64,000 nt of DNA from Pseudomonadota bacterium. Its GTDB lineage: Bacteria; Bdellovibrionota_B; Oligoflexia; Oligoflexales; RGVZ01. The stretch lies in assembly GCA_041178085.1 (NCBI GenBank), contig JBEGVZ010000085.1:11756-75755 (forward strand), read 5' to 3'. The stretch's first letter is position 1, and every line of letters starts with the position of its first letter. The position numbers were made by a program, and so were the translations under genes. Below, piece after piece: positions 62,153 through 64,000 of the stretch. The notes under the pieces were generated by a model. It did no database searches. It saw only the letters and a list, made by a program, of their open reading frames with translations, and was not told the origin of the DNA.

Positions 62153-62752
62153 ATGTCCAAAGCCGACGTAGCCGCAGAGCGCAAGGACCAGATCGTCCGT
62201 GCGACGGTGGATTGCATTTCCCGCCACGGATACCACAACTTTTCCATGCAGGATGTCGCCCGCACGGCCGGGGTCAGCAAGGGCATCATCCATTATTATT
62301 TCCTGAACAAGGATGAGCTCATGATGTCGGTCCTGGACAAGGTGGCCGGCGACATTGAGCAGGTTCTTCAATCCGACATGGCGACGATTGAGGATCCAGT
62401 GCAGAAGATGGAAATCTTCGTCAACGTCTGCTTTGACGTGGTCCGCAGCACGCGGGAATACTATCAGGTCAACATGGACTTCTGGACCCAGATTAACCAG
62501 AAGGAAGAGGTTCGCGCCGTGATCGCGCGTCATTATGCGAAATTTCGCGAGACGGCAGCGGCTGTGGTCCGTCAAGGCGTAGCGTCGGGCAAGTTCCGCA
62601 AGGTTGACCCCTTGCAGTATGGTTCCTACGTGATTGCTGTCATCGACGGATTGAGCTTGCAATGGTTGTTCGACGACAAGGTCTTTGATTACGACGCCAT
62701 GGTCAAGGTTGCCAGCCGCTTGATCATTGAGGGGCTTGCGCCGCGGGGATGA
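62153..62752 (+). CDS. TetR-family transcriptional regulator
   Basis: N-terminal HTH RATVDCISRHGYHNFSMQDVARTAGVSKGIIHYYF. ATG 62153 sits 8 nt after GGAG; the track start is a TTG two codons upstream. Divergent from the OMP operon. Confidence 0.9.
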   Translation: MSKADVAAERKDQIVRATVDCISRHGYHNFSMQDVARTAGVSKGIIHYYFLNKDELMMSVLDKVAGDIEQVLQSDMATIEDPVQKMEIFVNVCFDVVRSTREYYQVNMDFWTQINQKEEVRAVIARHYAKFRETAAAVVRQGVASGKFRKVDPLQYGSYVIAVIDGLSLQWLFDDKVFDYDAMVKVASRLIIEGLAPRG

Positions 62753-62760
62753 GGTGAGAC

Positions 62761-63849
62761 TTGCTCGAAGCAGTGTCAAGGATTTCCGCGGGCGGAAAGC
62801 TTTCGCCTTCAGAGGAAGCAGCGGTCCTTGCCGAGCTCGAGGCTAACGAGTGCTGGCAACCATTGCTGCGGCATCTTGATGGGCGTATCGCAAGGGGCGG
62901 TGATGGACTGGATCAGTCTTACATCCTCGCCATCCGCATCCGTCTTCAGTATTTCAAGGACACAACCGCAGCACAGGCCCTGGCTTCGGACTTGATCCGT
63001 CGCTGCGGCCTCACCTTCAGGCAATTCCGTGAGCGTCTTTTGAGCGATGATGTCATCCAGTCAGCCGGACCGGAGGTTGAGGCGTCCTTGATCGAGGCTG
63101 CGGTCGGTGCCTTTGATCTGGTCGGCGAGAAGGTCGCGGCCTTGGAGAGATTGGCTACGGTATTCGAAAAGCGTCTCTTTCACGATCAGAACCTGTTCCT
63201 GGTTTTCGAACGCCTCACACAGCTTGATCCAGACAACTTGAAGGCCCTGCGTTACTTCAAGATGGTTTTTTCACAGAACAACGAATGGCAGCAGGTTGCA
63301 CGGATCCTGCGGCGCATGATCGAAGTCGTCCCGGGACGTCATGAAAAATACAGGCTGGCGCACGACTTGGCCTGCGCCCTTGTTTACCATTTGAATCAGC
63401 CGCGTGACGCACTGGTGATTCTTGAGCGCTATTGTCGCGAGAGCCCGTTGGATGTCTCCCAGGTTGAATATGATGCGGCATTTCGCACGGGGGACCTCAA
63501 ACGTTGCATTCAGGTTTTGCATACAGCCCAGAGAAGCGTCCGTGATGACGCGGGGCGTGCGGTCATACAACTCAGGATGGCAGAGCTTCACCGGCGTACT
63601 GGTGATTTCCAGTCCATGGAGCGGTGCCTCGAAGAATCCATAGAAGCTTGGCCGGTATTTCTGGATCCGTTTGAACCCCTCATTCAACTACACTTGAATA
63701 GCGGCAGGTGGGACAAGGTCATCCAGCTTCTCAACAATCTTGCCCAAAGGGTGCAGGACAAGGAGCTGGTCGCGCAAATCAGGGAGACTGTCCGACGCGT
63801 TGAATCTGGTTTGAATGACCGTGAGTCAACCCACAAAAAAAACCGTTGA
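62761..63849 (+). CDS. Helical-repeat (TPR-like) hypothetical protein
   Basis: 362 aa, all-helical composition with repeating approximately 34-residue amphipathic pairs. TTG start 9 nt after the TetR stop. No specific family recognised. Confidence 0.5.
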   Translation: MLEAVSRISAGGKLSPSEEAAVLAELEANECWQPLLRHLDGRIARGGDGLDQSYILAIRIRLQYFKDTTAAQALASDLIRRCGLTFRQFRERLLSDDVIQSAGPEVEASLIEAAVGAFDLVGEKVAALERLATVFEKRLFHDQNLFLVFERLTQLDPDNLKALRYFKMVFSQNNEWQQVARILRRMIEVVPGRHEKYRLAHDLACALVYHLNQPRDALVILERYCRESPLDVSQVEYDAAFRTGDLKRCIQVLHTAQRSVRDDAGRAVIQLRMAELHRRTGDFQSMERCLEESIEAWPVFLDPFEPLIQLHLNSGRWDKVIQLLNNLAQRVQDKELVAQIRETVRRVESGLNDRESTHKKNR

Positions 63850-63870
63850 GCGGCAAGGTACAGGGCAAAG

Positions 63871-64000
63871 ATGGCAATCCATCCGGCGACGAAATCATTT
63901 GGACTCAGGGAGCATCTGTCCCGGGTGCTCGCCCCCGACCGGTCCAGTCGATGGCTTGGTCACAGGTTCGAGGAGTCGCTGGTAAAACAGGCGGTTGGTC
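63871..64000 (+). CDS. Possible start of a further ORF running off the right edge
   Basis: ATG 63871 followed by 43 open codons (MAIHPATKSFGLREHLSRVLAPDRSS...). Too short to evaluate. Confidence 0.25.
   Translation, partial: MAIHPATKSFGLREHLSRVLAPDRSSRWLGHRFEESLVKQAVG

Noticed and set aside
1-64000. CRISPR arrays, rRNA genes, IS elements, prophage or recognisable defence modules (RM, TA, CBASS, retron-like).
   Set aside because: I saw no regularly spaced direct repeats, rRNA-like sequence, transposase, integrase or reverse-transcriptase motifs, or helicase-nuclease defence pairs on either strand.

Overview
This 64-kb chromosomal window is about 55-60% GC by eye and is densely coding on both strands. 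It comes from a Gram-negative bacterium: it encodes LspA, lipoproteins, several outer-membrane beta-barrels and LPS-type glycosyltransferases. The gene content is reminiscent of Bdellovibrionota or Myxococcota, but I cannot assign it. All calls rest on reading motifs in the supplied translations and DNA; no database or HMM search was possible.

Most of the window is housekeeping:
- Chromosome and DNA functions: ftsK, scpA-scpB, recN, class II RNR nrdJ with upstream NrdR boxes.
- Cell wall and envelope: murF, ddl, lspA, an Slt-type lytic transglycosylase, cardiolipin synthase.
- Other: gcvT (5' fragment), mdh, htpX, a ClpC/ClpA-type AAA+ chaperone, queA, and four tRNAs (Ser-UGA, Ser-GCU, Lys-UUU, Glu-UUC).

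I found no CRISPR array, rRNA, transposase, integrase or recognisable defence system.

The best candidate for something undescribed is the AT-richer block at about 10.5-21.3 kb, immediately downstream of the tandem tRNA-Ser genes. It holds two polyprenol-phosphate-type GT2 enzymes, a multi-pass GT-C (ArnT/PMT_2-like) transferase, a methyltransferase coupled to another GT2, and a SugE/Gdx-type SMR protein translationally coupled to a GT2. These genes surround a 1,602-aa lipoprotein with Ig, FN3 and propeller-like regions.

Secondary leads:
- Three apparent pseudo-enzymes or unusual fusions: a beta-CASP/MBL-like protein without metal ligands, an RluB-like protein without the catalytic Asp that overlaps scpB, and a LuxE-LuxC fusion.
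- A MurF with a Lys/Ala/Pro-rich, histone-H1-like N-terminal tail.
- An R3H protein with an RGG-like repeat region.
- A perfect 20-bp palindrome in front of recN, which may be a non-canonical SOS operator.
- A structured element in a 396-nt gap.
- A TetR-linked operon encoding two outer-membrane proteins and a lipoprotein.

Many long antisense ORFs in the track are GC-driven shadow frames and were rejected.
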